This document shows positions 28,101 to 36,620 of a stretch of 64,000 nucleotides of DNA, piece after piece. Each line of letters opens with the position of its first letter. The stretch's first letter is position 1. The notes beneath the pieces were generated by a model, which did no database searches, was not told the origin of the DNA, and was given only the letters and a program-made list of their open reading frames with translations. Made by a program: the position numbers and the translations under genes. Source of the stretch: a virus; the IMG/VR virus record IMGVR_UViG_3300045988_103765; one strand, 5' to 3'.

Positions 28101-31100
28101 CAGATTGCAGATAATGACACTTCAAAGGCTTATCTTGAAGCAGCTAAAGCTCAAAAGGCAGCAGAAGAAGCTAAGAAAGAAGCCAATGACGCAAAGCAGA
28201 CTGTAACCAATATGAAAGACTTCACAGACGAAGCCTTTAAAGACGGTATTGTTGACAGACAAGAAGCTGCTGCGATTGAGAAATATTTGAACTCAATTAA
28301 ATCAATACAGAAGAGCGTAGCTGAATCTTATTCTAAGGTTTATGGTAATCCTTTATTGTCCGGTACTGCTAAGGTAGAACTAAAAACCGCTTATGATGGA
28401 TTTAATGTGGCAACTACCGAGCTTATTACTGCTATTGATGATGCCATAGCTGACGGAGTAGCTACCTCAACGGAAGTCGCTTTGGTAGATGGTAGGTACG
28501 ACACCTTCAATACCAAATATGGAGATTTTATAGCTTATTTGAATGCAGCCAACAACTTTATCCAAGACAAAATAAACACTTCCGCAGAAGATGCGAAGAA
28601 AGCTGCGGAAGAGGCTCAAAAGGCGGCAGATGCAGCTAAAGCAGAAGCGGAAGCAGCAAAACAAAGATTGGATAAGTGGGCAGAAGATGGAGTTATATCT
28701 CCTACTGAAAAACAATCAATCAAAGACGAGATAGTCCGCATAGACGCTGATAAGACTAATATTACAGCAGGATATACTTTGTATTCATTGGGTAGCCCTA
28801 CGGGTTATCTGAATGCTCATAGCAATTATCGTGCAGTGTTGGTTACATTATCTGCTTCTACTCCCGAAAATATAACTATACCTTCTGACTTCGCTTCAAA
28901 GCAATCTGCGTACTACAATCAACGAACGGCAGCTTTGAATGCCATCAGTGACGCAGCTAAGGCGGCAGTAGATACCGTTAAAAAAGACTTGGCTGGTTAT
29001 GAATATCTAAAGAAAGCGTGGAAAGAGAGTACCACAATCGAAGGTGGTGTTATTCAGAATGCGTTAAACATGCTGGGATATACTGACCCGGTAGCTGGAT
29101 TTAAAGTAATGTCCGGTATGAATGGTGTCTATGATGCTACTAAGGTCGGTGGAGGTATTGCTTCTTGGTATGGAGGTTCTATGAAGGATAGAGCAGATTA
29201 TACAGAAGCAAACATGCCATCAGATGTAGCAAAGGCTATCATTCGTATGGATGGCTCTGGCTACCTTGCAAGCGGTGCTGTATGGTGGGGGACTGATGGT
29301 GTTTTCCATGCTGACCCACAATCATTCATCATCAAAAAAAATCAGCTTGGCGACTATGTTTCTCTATTCCAGATTGTATATCGTTCTGGAACTCCGAAGA
29401 CTATTAGCTACATGATACCACAATATCCAATGCAGAAATTGACAGTTTCCGACTACATCGAAATAGGAACAACTGGGTATCGCATTGGAGTGGATAGTGC
29501 CAATAATGCTATTAAAGTCTACAAAGAAGATGGCTCGGCTGTTAACTTCTACGCAAGCGGTGCTGTATCTGCAAAAGGTATCAGTTCCGGTAGTGGCGGT
29601 GGAGGAGGCGGTCTTATTGACACCGTTTATGGATATTCAAGTTTAGGTGGCACTTTTGCTGATTCAACATTATCAGACACCTTTAACGCATACACTATCA
29701 ACAAGTTGGCAAGTAGAATTACTGAACTTGAAAAGAATGGTGGTGGAGGTACTGGCATTGCTGGTATCAAAGTTAACGACCAAACTTATGCGCCAGACAC
29801 AAGCAAGTATATTACGCTCCCAAACTACCCTTCCACTACTATTACTGGAACGGGAAATGTCCTTACCAACGCTACTTATGACAATAGTACGCGAGTACTG
29901 ACATTAACTAAAGGCAATATTGCTACTACCGCCAACCATTTAGAGAGATATGCTCAAATAACCTCTACTGCGATAGATACTGTATCTACATTTACAGCAT
30001 CTAAGACATCTGTATGGGAGGCAAATGGTACTGCATATGGAACTACTGGTGCTAATGATACTGTATTAAACATTGGTTCTGCGGCAAATAGGTTATTCCA
30101 ATTAAGAGCAGCCTATAATTCTGATGATTTTTACTTTAGAGGTGTTGGTGCAAGTTCTTTCAGAACTTGGTATAAAGTTCTGCACGAAGGTAACTACGCC
30201 TCTGCCTTAGATAGTAAATATCTGAAACTTTCTGGTGGAACATTGACGGGAGTACTAACTGTTGGAGATACTTCAACTATTGCAGAAGTAGTTACAATTA
30301 AAACAAGGAATGTAAATGGAAATCATATTCAATTTGTAAGTAATACAATACCTACAGCTGAAGTAGGATATCTTACGTCTTTTGGAGCTTACCTATACAA
30401 TGATAAACTTGATAGCCATCCTACATTATGTTTAGGATTAGCTGATAATTTAAGAGATGCTATAATATACAGATATGCAGGAGTTAATTATAATGTATGG
30501 CATTCCGGAAGTCTTAAACCATACCAATTCACTAATTGGGCTGATACAAAAAGCGTAAATCATGTGCCTAATGACTATGATAGTTTATTTATTATGAGAG
30601 GCATTAAGAATTTAACTACTATTGGGCTTTCCGGTGGTGGAGTTTATGCAACTGTATGGGGTTGGAGAGGATGGCTGGATAGAACTGGAGGGCATGCTTG
30701 GGAAATAGCTTCAACTAATGAAGATTTATATACTCGTCACGGAGAAACTACTTCTTGGACTTCGTGGGCAAAGATACTTAATAGCTCCAATTATCAAAAC
30801 TATCCAAATACAAAAGTAGGAATTAGCGACTTTTGGTTATACCCAGAACATAGTAATGAGATTAACTTTGGAGGCACATATACAGGTAGTAATCATATCT
30901 ACTTTGGATATCGTTCAAAAGATAATAGACCAAGAACTACTGAATATCATTTTGGGCAAAATGATGCAAGTTTACATGGGGAATATTTCCAGTCATATAT
31001 ACCTACTGGCACACAGCCGTTTCAGTGTGTATCTACTACTACGTGCACGAATTTGAATGCGGATATGGTAGACGGATATCATTCTAATGATTTAACTAAA

Positions 31101-32522
31101 AGGGTGTTTATCGCTGGAATATCCGGAGGTGCAGGTTCTAAATGGATAAGAATTGGTGTTTTAAAATATCCGGGTACAGGTGATTCTAACACTGTAATGA
31201 TAACTATATCGAATTCTTATTCATATTCAATGAATAGGTCTGTAACTTTTATAATATCATTGACACATCATGAAAGTAAACCTATAATAACACAATTGAA
31301 TGGTTATCCTGATCTATTTAAAGCAGTAAGAATTTTAGCTCCCAAAGACAGTAATGGAAGTTATACATATGGTGATAGATATGTAGACATATCCTATTCT
31401 ACTTCAGCTGCAAGTGAAGCATCCAATACTATTTATTTAACTGCTATAAATCTTAATTATAAGGATTCGTATCATTTTATTCCAAATAAAAACTTTGTAG
31501 ATGGAACAACTATTCCTTCTAATTATGGTGAAATATGGAATTTTCCTTTTACTACTGGCTTAGGTAGTAATGCTAATATATATTCACAAAATGGTTTGAT
31601 TGAGGGAGGGACTTTAAAACTAAGTTCTACAAGTACTTTTGCTGGTAAAGCTACATTCAACGGAGGGCTATCTGGAACATTGACGGGTTCTCTAAGTGGT
31701 AATGCTACAACCGCTACAACCTTACAGACTTCACGTACAATAAATGGTACATCGTTCAACGGTTCAGCTAATATTACAACTTCTTATTGGGGAACTACAA
31801 GAACGATTTGGGGACAGTCAGTAAACGGGTCGGCAAATGTCAGTGGAGCTATGACTGGGGTTACAAGCATTACTGCAACTGGTCTTATAAGAACTTCAAA
31901 TCTGTTCTCTGCTGGCGATGGAGGAAGCGATAATGCGTATGGTTATTATAACTGTACTCGTCCCAATACAGCTAATACCGGATATGTATGCTATGCAATG
32001 GTTAGAAGTGGTACTATAGCAATGGGACTTGGATATTATAATAATGAAATTGTTTTAGGTAATGCAGGTACTTCAAGACAATTTAATGAAAAATGGTTAC
32101 AAATAAGTGGTTCCAGATTACTAATTAATGGCAATATAGAGGCAACTGGCGCAGTTACAGCCAAGTCTTCCTCTTCTGACATAAGATTGAAGAAAAATAT
32201 CAAAGAATACAATGCTTTGGATATTATTCACAAGTTAAAGTCAGTGAAGTATTACTGGAATGATACCGCAAAAGCAAACTCTCCAATCTTTAATGACAAT
32301 GAGGAGCATTACGGACTTATTGCACAAGACTTGCTAATAAATGGATATAGCCAATGGGTAAGTAACTGTTTTAAAGATTATTATGTAATACAATACGAAC
32401 GTTTAATACCCGTATTATGGCGAGGTATTCAGCAAGTAGATAATGAGGTAGCTACCCTCAAAAAGAAGATAGCTACCTTAGAAAAAGAACTTAGTTCTGT
32501 AAAGAGGCAACTAAGCCTTTAA
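25167..32522 (+). CDS. Giant tail fibre / tail-tip protein with C-terminal S74-type intramolecular chaperone
   Basis: 2451 aa. Central coiled coil (AKAQKAAEEAKKEANDAKQ). Poly-Gly linkers (SGSGGGGGGL, KNGGGGTG). The C-terminus carries SSSDIRLKKNI...HYGLIAQDL followed by a coiled coil. Confidence 0.8.
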   Translation: MANEVNPILNIYNEDGTPFHDISLRKHTFSTIVMSLNDKIEGEFYYKDNSLSFTLQEYVEYKGIKYILKNPPVVVRKGMTSENSEAKGMTKYSCTFYHEMIELYNIPFTDIAISSSEESYRSEKRTFSWIGTLSMFVQKINSCLVGTKWTCKLQPTFVDDGTMSDVLSFSNQFISDVCKTAYETWKVPFVVDGYTIWFGKPSKEILDDENKPYIFKFGQGVGLKNNDCTPKNNKVITRIAGYGSNINIPYGYPIITDADGNRIEHPYTRDTLMPSVYVEAVRNKVLFGSKKPLIDYYDADSSYPTPINPLAPVFHIQEFSSIQPTIEGMTYKGQAIDLFKEVIVPEGGWDDYIDPETGEVRQSYFDVTLYPLGFDLYAQAAVTSGMTFSMKSGDTLGANYEVAVDWEDVKKNFYVTDEAGNIVFKPNGEQRDYAKYPDSTDQAITIKLTKDLDTFGTIMPSKFQQVKTGDKFVILHIEMPQAYIDKAQERLDVAMKRYMLENNMPLYDYPLSFDEHFLETNQAILAQIKPNTIVRFLYKDNEDAMELSVKEMSIQYGTNPLPTYNITLTDEVSIVLNQIGQIADGLSKLGSQVAQLQAIYGLDIVGELNKKLSRVKDDTAQGMITFLRGLKVGSYVTGSTGGIFYADTDGKSHAELDYLTVRMKAMFYALEIIKTGVIGGRQMITPGGAIECIKIEDRNDILDEEGNKTGENVWDYWRCYFYQDDGTEALDNRFRAGDMALAQDFNIKEGVYENVSNHYFWRLVVNVGTNYIDISKTDADAASDAPRVGDTICQLGNKTFVDANGVTHVEDKTRQNAIIFSAVDTFSPSMTLYAGINSYSYLNKEYVSYGVDKTTNLAYMNVYGNSYIGARDKSSYMKFDTVTGVEIKGKLVTKSGKDVEETFNSFQDQIDGVKETWYGEYTPTLTNQPAVDWNTEALKKRHEGDVFTNIQEYVDDETTPDAGKSWRWVKTGDTWGWKQIADNDTSKAYLEAAKAQKAAEEAKKEANDAKQTVTNMKDFTDEAFKDGIVDRQEAAAIEKYLNSIKSIQKSVAESYSKVYGNPLLSGTAKVELKTAYDGFNVATTELITAIDDAIADGVATSTEVALVDGRYDTFNTKYGDFIAYLNAANNFIQDKINTSAEDAKKAAEEAQKAADAAKAEAEAAKQRLDKWAEDGVISPTEKQSIKDEIVRIDADKTNITAGYTLYSLGSPTGYLNAHSNYRAVLVTLSASTPENITIPSDFASKQSAYYNQRTAALNAISDAAKAAVDTVKKDLAGYEYLKKAWKESTTIEGGVIQNALNMLGYTDPVAGFKVMSGMNGVYDATKVGGGIASWYGGSMKDRADYTEANMPSDVAKAIIRMDGSGYLASGAVWWGTDGVFHADPQSFIIKKNQLGDYVSLFQIVYRSGTPKTISYMIPQYPMQKLTVSDYIEIGTTGYRIGVDSANNAIKVYKEDGSAVNFYASGAVSAKGISSGSGGGGGGLIDTVYGYSSLGGTFADSTLSDTFNAYTINKLASRITELEKNGGGGTGIAGIKVNDQTYAPDTSKYITLPNYPSTTITGTGNVLTNATYDNSTRVLTLTKGNIATTANHLERYAQITSTAIDTVSTFTASKTSVWEANGTAYGTTGANDTVLNIGSAANRLFQLRAAYNSDDFYFRGVGASSFRTWYKVLHEGNYASALDSKYLKLSGGTLTGVLTVGDTSTIAEVVTIKTRNVNGNHIQFVSNTIPTAEVGYLTSFGAYLYNDKLDSHPTLCLGLADNLRDAIIYRYAGVNYNVWHSGSLKPYQFTNWADTKSVNHVPNDYDSLFIMRGIKNLTTIGLSGGGVYATVWGWRGWLDRTGGHAWEIASTNEDLYTRHGETTSWTSWAKILNSSNYQNYPNTKVGISDFWLYPEHSNEINFGGTYTGSNHIYFGYRSKDNRPRTTEYHFGQNDASLHGEYFQSYIPTGTQPFQCVSTTTCTNLNADMVDGYHSNDLTKRVFIAGISGGAGSKWIRIGVLKYPGTGDSNTVMITISNSYSYSMNRSVTFIISLTHHESKPIITQLNGYPDLFKAVRILAPKDSNGSYTYGDRYVDISYSTSAASEASNTIYLTAINLNYKDSYHFIPNKNFVDGTTIPSNYGEIWNFPFTTGLGSNANIYSQNGLIEGGTLKLSSTSTFAGKATFNGGLSGTLTGSLSGNATTATTLQTSRTINGTSFNGSANITTSYWGTTRTIWGQSVNGSANVSGAMTGVTSITATGLIRTSNLFSAGDGGSDNAYGYYNCTRPNTANTGYVCYAMVRSGTIAMGLGYYNNEIVLGNAGTSRQFNEKWLQISGSRLLINGNIEATGAVTAKSSSSDIRLKKNIKEYNALDIIHKLKSVKYYWNDTAKANSPIFNDNEEHYGLIAQDLLINGYSQWVSNCFKDYYVIQYERLIPVLWRGIQQVDNEVATLKKKIATLEKELSSVKRQLSL
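31623..31641. repeat. Left 19-nt core of the inverted repeat inside the fibre gene (candidate crossover site)
   Basis: AGTTCTACAAGTACTTTTG, in frame as S S T S T F (fibre codons 2153-2158). Its exact inverted copy lies at 33510..33528. Confidence 0.9.
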
Positions 32523-33567
32523 GCCTATTAATCTCTGATTTAGCATGTTCCAATTCCTTTCTCATTCGTTCTTGCTCTGATTCAACAAGACGGATAGAAA
32601 GGATATTGGCTTGCACAGAACCAATGATTGTTGCGGTAAGGTCGGGAGATAAATAATTCAAGCTACCATATCCATATTCATCCTTTTCGTGACAGAAATT
32701 TGTGATACCAGCTTTCACCGCATTTTGATATACAAGTCCGGTATGACGTTTATTGTCTATCCTATCTTGGTATAAATCCAATGCTTTTTTGTTATAATTA
32801 TAGTCATAAACTCTGCCAAGTTTTAGTAGTCTTTCTCGGTAATCTATAAGCCCATCGTAATTCTCTTTTAATCTAAAGTCAGAAGTAGCTTTAGCGGTGA
32901 TTGCAGCCGTAGCAGTAATACTTCCAGTAAAAGCCCATGTACTACCATCATATTCCATAACATACGATTTATTTGTAGAGCTTGTCGGGTTAGCAGTACC
33001 TCTCCACCAATGCCACAAACCATTTGAATGACAGCCAAGTCCCATTGTATAATTACCTCCAACAATTTCAATGCTATCATGGCTTGTATTTGCAAATCTT
33101 GCTCCTACATTATAAGCCTTAGCACCACTTCCAGTTATTCCCGTACTATTTATCCAACCATGTAGGGTGCAATCTCCAAATTCCATATTTGCCCAAGATG
33201 AACTGCTTCCTGCCCGCCAATACCATTTTTTAGGAACAGACCTACCGCCATAACTTGCACCTCTATAATTAACATGAAACTCAGTGCCTCCAGCTATAAT
33301 AATCTCATTTCCACCGCTTGAAAGTTCCAAATAAGAACCATTTTGGGTTATACCAGATGGATTCATATAAAGACCAGAATTAGCATAGACCCAAGCTTGA
33401 ATATACGCATCTATAAATCTATTGCTACTTGAACCTATTCTGTAATTATTATTGCTTAACGGAAAGATATTACCAGAATACATTCCACCATTAAAAGTTG
33501 CAGTTTCACCAAAAGTACTTGTAGAACTAAGGTTTGTATCAAATTGGTAGCCAGATATTTGGTGCTT
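32491..33567 (-). other. Start-less alternative tail-fibre C-terminal cassette (convergent, inverted)
   Basis: The minus-strand frame is open from just after TGA (33568..33570) to the stop at 32491. It begins with fibre-homologous TNLSSTSTFGETATFNGG. It ends with its own S74-like module (TSDFRLKENY...HTGLVYQNA) plus a coiled coil. There is no N-terminal anchor domain. The 3' end overlaps the fibre gene by 32 nt. Confidence 0.7.
33510..33528. repeat. Right 19-nt core (inverted) of the candidate crossover site
   Basis: CAAAAGTACTTGTAGAACT is the reverse complement of 31623..31641 and sits in the same codon phase on the minus strand. Confidence 0.9.
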
Positions 33568-33581
33568 TCAAAAAAACACCT

Positions 33582-33589
33582 TATTTTTG
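33582..33589 (+). promoter_or_regulatory. Bacteroides-type -7 box TATTTTTG
   Basis: Perfect TAnnTTTG, 16 nt upstream of the ATG at 33606. Preceded by the hairpin GGTGCTTT-caaa-AAACACC (33561..33580). Confidence 0.45.
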
Positions 33590-33605
33590 CACATAACAAA
33601 TTGAT

Positions 33606-34346
33606 ATGAATATGAAGTTTAGAGATTACATTGACCTTGCAGAAAAGTATGAGGTAGAGAGTTTTATCAAGTCTGACCCTATACAATTCCCACGAAGATT
33701 TAAGGATAGAAAAGACATCGAAGTAGCGGCAGTCATAGCAGCTTGGCTTGCTTATGGCAGGCGTTCAGTATTCATTCCCAAAATAGATTATATTCTTACA
33801 GAGATAATGGGGAATAAGCCTTTTCAATATATATATGGCGTGGAATGGAATAAATACAAGGATAATTATACGAGCTTATACCGTATGACTTCTTGGCATT
33901 GCTTTGCTTCCCTTTGTGATAAACTTCATTCCATATACATGAAGTACCCTAATCTTGAAGATGCTCTTGGACGTGTTACTTATTCGCAGAAATGTACCTA
34001 CTATTGCCAAGGATTATGCCATTTATTACATGGTGAAACAATGATACCCAGTCCAAACAGTAATTGTGCAAATAAAAGAGTGAACATGCTACTTAGATGG
34101 ATGATAAGGAAAGATAGTGTAGTTGACATTGGATTATGGAAAACTCTATCACCTTCTCGGCTTCTTGTTCCTTGTGATACACATTCTTTGCAGTCGGCAG
34201 TTGAATTTGGAATTATCCCCAAAGTAGATGAATCAAGAAAGACTTGTATAAAAGTGACTGAATTTGCAAAAAAAGTATTTCCTTCTGACCCTGCAAGGTT
34301 GGATTTTAGTTTGTATGGCTATGGAGTGGAGAAATCAGAGAAATAA
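33606..34346 (+). CDS. DUF2400 / TIGR02757-family protein (HhH-GPD-like fold)
   Basis: 246 aa. The segments AAVIAAWLAYGRR and RVNMLLRWMIRKDSVVDIGLWKTLSPSRLLVPCDTHS match my recollection of the DUF2400 signature (nmfLRWMvR..vDlGlW...L.iPlDtH). Confidence 0.6.
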   Translation: MNMKFRDYIDLAEKYEVESFIKSDPIQFPRRFKDRKDIEVAAVIAAWLAYGRRSVFIPKIDYILTEIMGNKPFQYIYGVEWNKYKDNYTSLYRMTSWHCFASLCDKLHSIYMKYPNLEDALGRVTYSQKCTYYCQGLCHLLHGETMIPSPNSNCANKRVNMLLRWMIRKDSVVDIGLWKTLSPSRLLVPCDTHSLQSAVEFGIIPKVDESRKTCIKVTEFAKKVFPSDPARLDFSLYGYGVEKSEK

Positions 34347-34752
34347 AGGTTATGTCAAGAACACTACGAAAGGATTAGCTGGCTGGCTGAATGTAGAAGG
34401 TATTCACTTTGATGTAAATGCTACTTTTTGGAAAGATGATAAGGGAAAACCATTTATCTGTGTGCAAAGAGCCATAGAGAAGGTGTTTGATGAAAAGACT
34501 TGTACATTTAATGACATTAAACCTCGACCATTTATAGAATGCAATGCCTTTTATACTGGGAAACCTTTCCCAAACGTTTCATATAAGGGCTATTTTTACC
34601 TTGCATCCTTTCGGTTTGAGCTACTTGCAAGCTGGGAAACAAAAGAGATGAAATCCTTATGTATGATTGTAAGCAGAACAACTGAACAACCTTTGATAAA
34701 GAGAATTAACCAGATAATGAAAGAGAAAAACCATGAATTGCCAGAAACTTAA
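34321..34752 (+). CDS. Hypothetical protein (143 aa)
   Basis: Start set at ATG 34321, giving a 26-nt overlap with the DUF2400 gene. No motif recognised. Confidence 0.45.
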   Translation: MEWRNQRNKGYVKNTTKGLAGWLNVEGIHFDVNATFWKDDKGKPFICVQRAIEKVFDEKTCTFNDIKPRPFIECNAFYTGKPFPNVSYKGYFYLASFRFELLASWETKEMKSLCMIVSRTTEQPLIKRINQIMKEKNHELPET

Positions 34753-35131
34753 AAACGATTTTATCAATATGAAAGACAAGACACTCAAAGAAGTGTGTGA
34801 CATTCTTAGGAAATATGATATGAATTGGGAAATTTCATTATCGTATTTTGTTGCCAGCCTATTCGGTGTAGATAGGGCTGATATGCTTTCTAAAGACAGA
34901 AGTAAAGATATAGTTTATGCAAGATGGTTCTATTGGTATGTATTAAGAGAAGTCTGTAAAAAAGACTATGAAACAATAGCACAAGAAGTATCTATTGATG
35001 ATGCTATATTTGTTACAAGTAGTATATACCAGGGAATATCAAACATGCAGGAACTTATATCATCCAATAGCTTTTACCGAGATAAATGGATGATAGTTAA
35101 AAGTATGGTAAGCTTGAAGAAGCCTACTTAG
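34733..35131 (+). CDS. DnaA domain IV-like helix-turn-helix protein
   Basis: 132 aa. SKDRSKDIVYARWFYWYVLREVCKKDYETIAQEV resembles the DnaA C-terminal DNA-binding domain (R..i..aRqiamYL.re.t..s...IG). Confidence 0.5.
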   Translation: MNCQKLKNDFINMKDKTLKEVCDILRKYDMNWEISLSYFVASLFGVDRADMLSKDRSKDIVYARWFYWYVLREVCKKDYETIAQEVSIDDAIFVTSSIYQGISNMQELISSNSFYRDKWMIVKSMVSLKKPT

Positions 35132-35156
35132 TTCTCAAATGCAAAGTTGTGGTGGG

Positions 35157-35372
35157 TTATTTGCCCACCATTTCTTTTTCCTTCGACAAGATATTCTCTA
35201 TATTCTCCTCAGTAAATCCAAAGATAGCTGCGAAGCGTTTAAACTCGTCCATGCGTGACTTAGGTATCATTCTATACATGGAATTAATCGGTTTCTCACT
35301 TTTCATGGCTTTCATTGCCTTCAAAATCTCTTTTCTTTTCATTTCTTTTATTTTTACAACAATCACAGTCAC
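35157..35372 (-). CDS. Hypothetical small basic protein (up to 71 aa; start uncertain)
   Basis: A Lys/Met-rich ORF on the same strand as the upstream metallopeptidase gene. It overlaps that gene by up to 77 nt, so an internal ATG is likely. Confidence 0.35.
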   Translation of the reverse strand: MTVIVVKIKEMKRKEILKAMKAMKSEKPINSMYRMIPKSRMDEFKRFAAIFGFTEENIENILSKEKEMVGK

Positions 35373-35760
35373 ATAAGAAAATCTTAGCTATGTCCCATGT
35401 CCTATCTACCAAATCTTGACCTAAATACTGTACTTCTTCCCCTTCTAATGGAATACCGTAGAATTGGCAGATATGAACGGCACAATGTCCCAATTCATGG
35501 TGATATGATTTAAGAAACTCTTTTTCAGAGTTGGTTATACTAATTACAATAACAGATGTCCTACTGATGTAGTCACTGAATGTAAGCCCAGTATTTACGC
35601 TGCAAGAGGACAAGTTGTCATAAGCAATATCATAACTTTTACTGCCACATTTCAACTTATCCATTGCATCCAAGACTTCATCCAAATAATCACAACTGTA
35701 GTCCAAGAACAGCAATATATGCCAATCATATTTTTCGATATAAAGCTCTTGTCGTTTCAT
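35296..35760 (-). CDS. Putative zinc metallopeptidase (HExxH)
   Basis: 154 aa with the motif YHHELGHCAVH. The C-terminus is Cys-rich (CDCDCC). Confidence 0.5.
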   Translation of the reverse strand: MKRQELYIEKYDWHILLFLDYSCDYLDEVLDAMDKLKCGSKSYDIAYDNLSSCSVNTGLTFSDYISRTSVIVISITNSEKEFLKSYHHELGHCAVHICQFYGIPLEGEEVQYLGQDLVDRTWDIAKIFLCDCDCCKNKRNEKKRDFEGNESHEK

Positions 35761-35874
35761 CTTTTTTTAGTATTTTTGTACAGAGGATAGGACGGAGTAG
35801 CTACCGTTCGATAAGGTGAAGCTGATACACCTTCCTCTATTCTTTTTATCAGCACTTATTAATATCAGCTAATT

Positions 35875-36620
35875 ATGAAACGTACTACAACTTCTCAATT
35901 TATTGCAAAAGCTAAGAGCATTCATGGAGATAAATATGATTACTCTAAAGTAAAATACGAAAAAAGTTCTATTAAAGTCTGTATCACTTGTCCTAAACAT
36001 GGAGAATTTTGGCAAACACCAAATAGTCATTTAAGTGGCAAAGGATGCTTAAAATGTTCTATGTATTCTTTAGTATCTGGAGTTGGAATTAATGATATAG
36101 AGATAAATACCAAGGATAAATGCTACAAGGTTTGGCATAGCATGATGAACAGATGCTATAGTAAAAAATATCATTCTAAATTCCCCACTTATCAAAATTG
36201 CTCTGTCTGCAATGAGTGGACTTATCTATCTAACTTCAAGCGTTGGTTTGATGAAAACTATGTTGATGGCTATGTCTTAGACAAAGACATCTTGGTAAAG
36301 GGGAACAAGGTATATTCTCCAGAAACTTGCTGCTTTGTGCCAGAAGAAATCAATCTATTATTGCTAAATAACAAAAAAAAAGAGGCAATCTACCTATAGG
36401 CGTGACTTTTAGAGATAATAGTTATTATGCCATTATGACTAAACATAATAAGACAAAACATATTGGGATATTTAAAACTCCTATTGAAGCTTTTAATGCC
36501 TATAAAATTGAAAAAGAAAAGTACGTCAAAGAACTCGCTGATAAATATTTCAAAGAGGGCAAAATAAATATAGAGGTTTATAATGCCCTAATGAAATATA
36601 AAGTTGAATATGCAGATTAA
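35875..36620 (+). pseudogene. Homing-endonuclease-like gene with C-terminal AP2-type DNA-binding domain, split by a frameshift in an A9 tract
   Basis: ORF 35875..36399 (FIAKAKSIHGDKYDYSKV...CPKHGEFWQTPNSHLSGKGCLKC) continues in the -1 frame as RGNLPIGVTFRDNSYYAIMTKHNKTKHIGIFKTPIEAFNAY (36381..36620). The two frames are joined across A9 at 36373..36381. Confidence 0.65.

Noticed and set aside
32868-33686. Minus-strand ORFs 32868..33095 and 33456..33686
   Set aside because: The first is nested out of frame within the alternative fibre cassette. The second spans the cassette boundary and the promoter of the DUF2400 gene and has an implausible translation.
35149-35376. 75-aa hydrophobic plus-strand ORF
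   Set aside because: It is the mirror of the minus-strand ORF 35157..35372 and of the 3' end of the metallopeptidase gene. All neighbouring genes on that side of the convergence point run on the minus strand.
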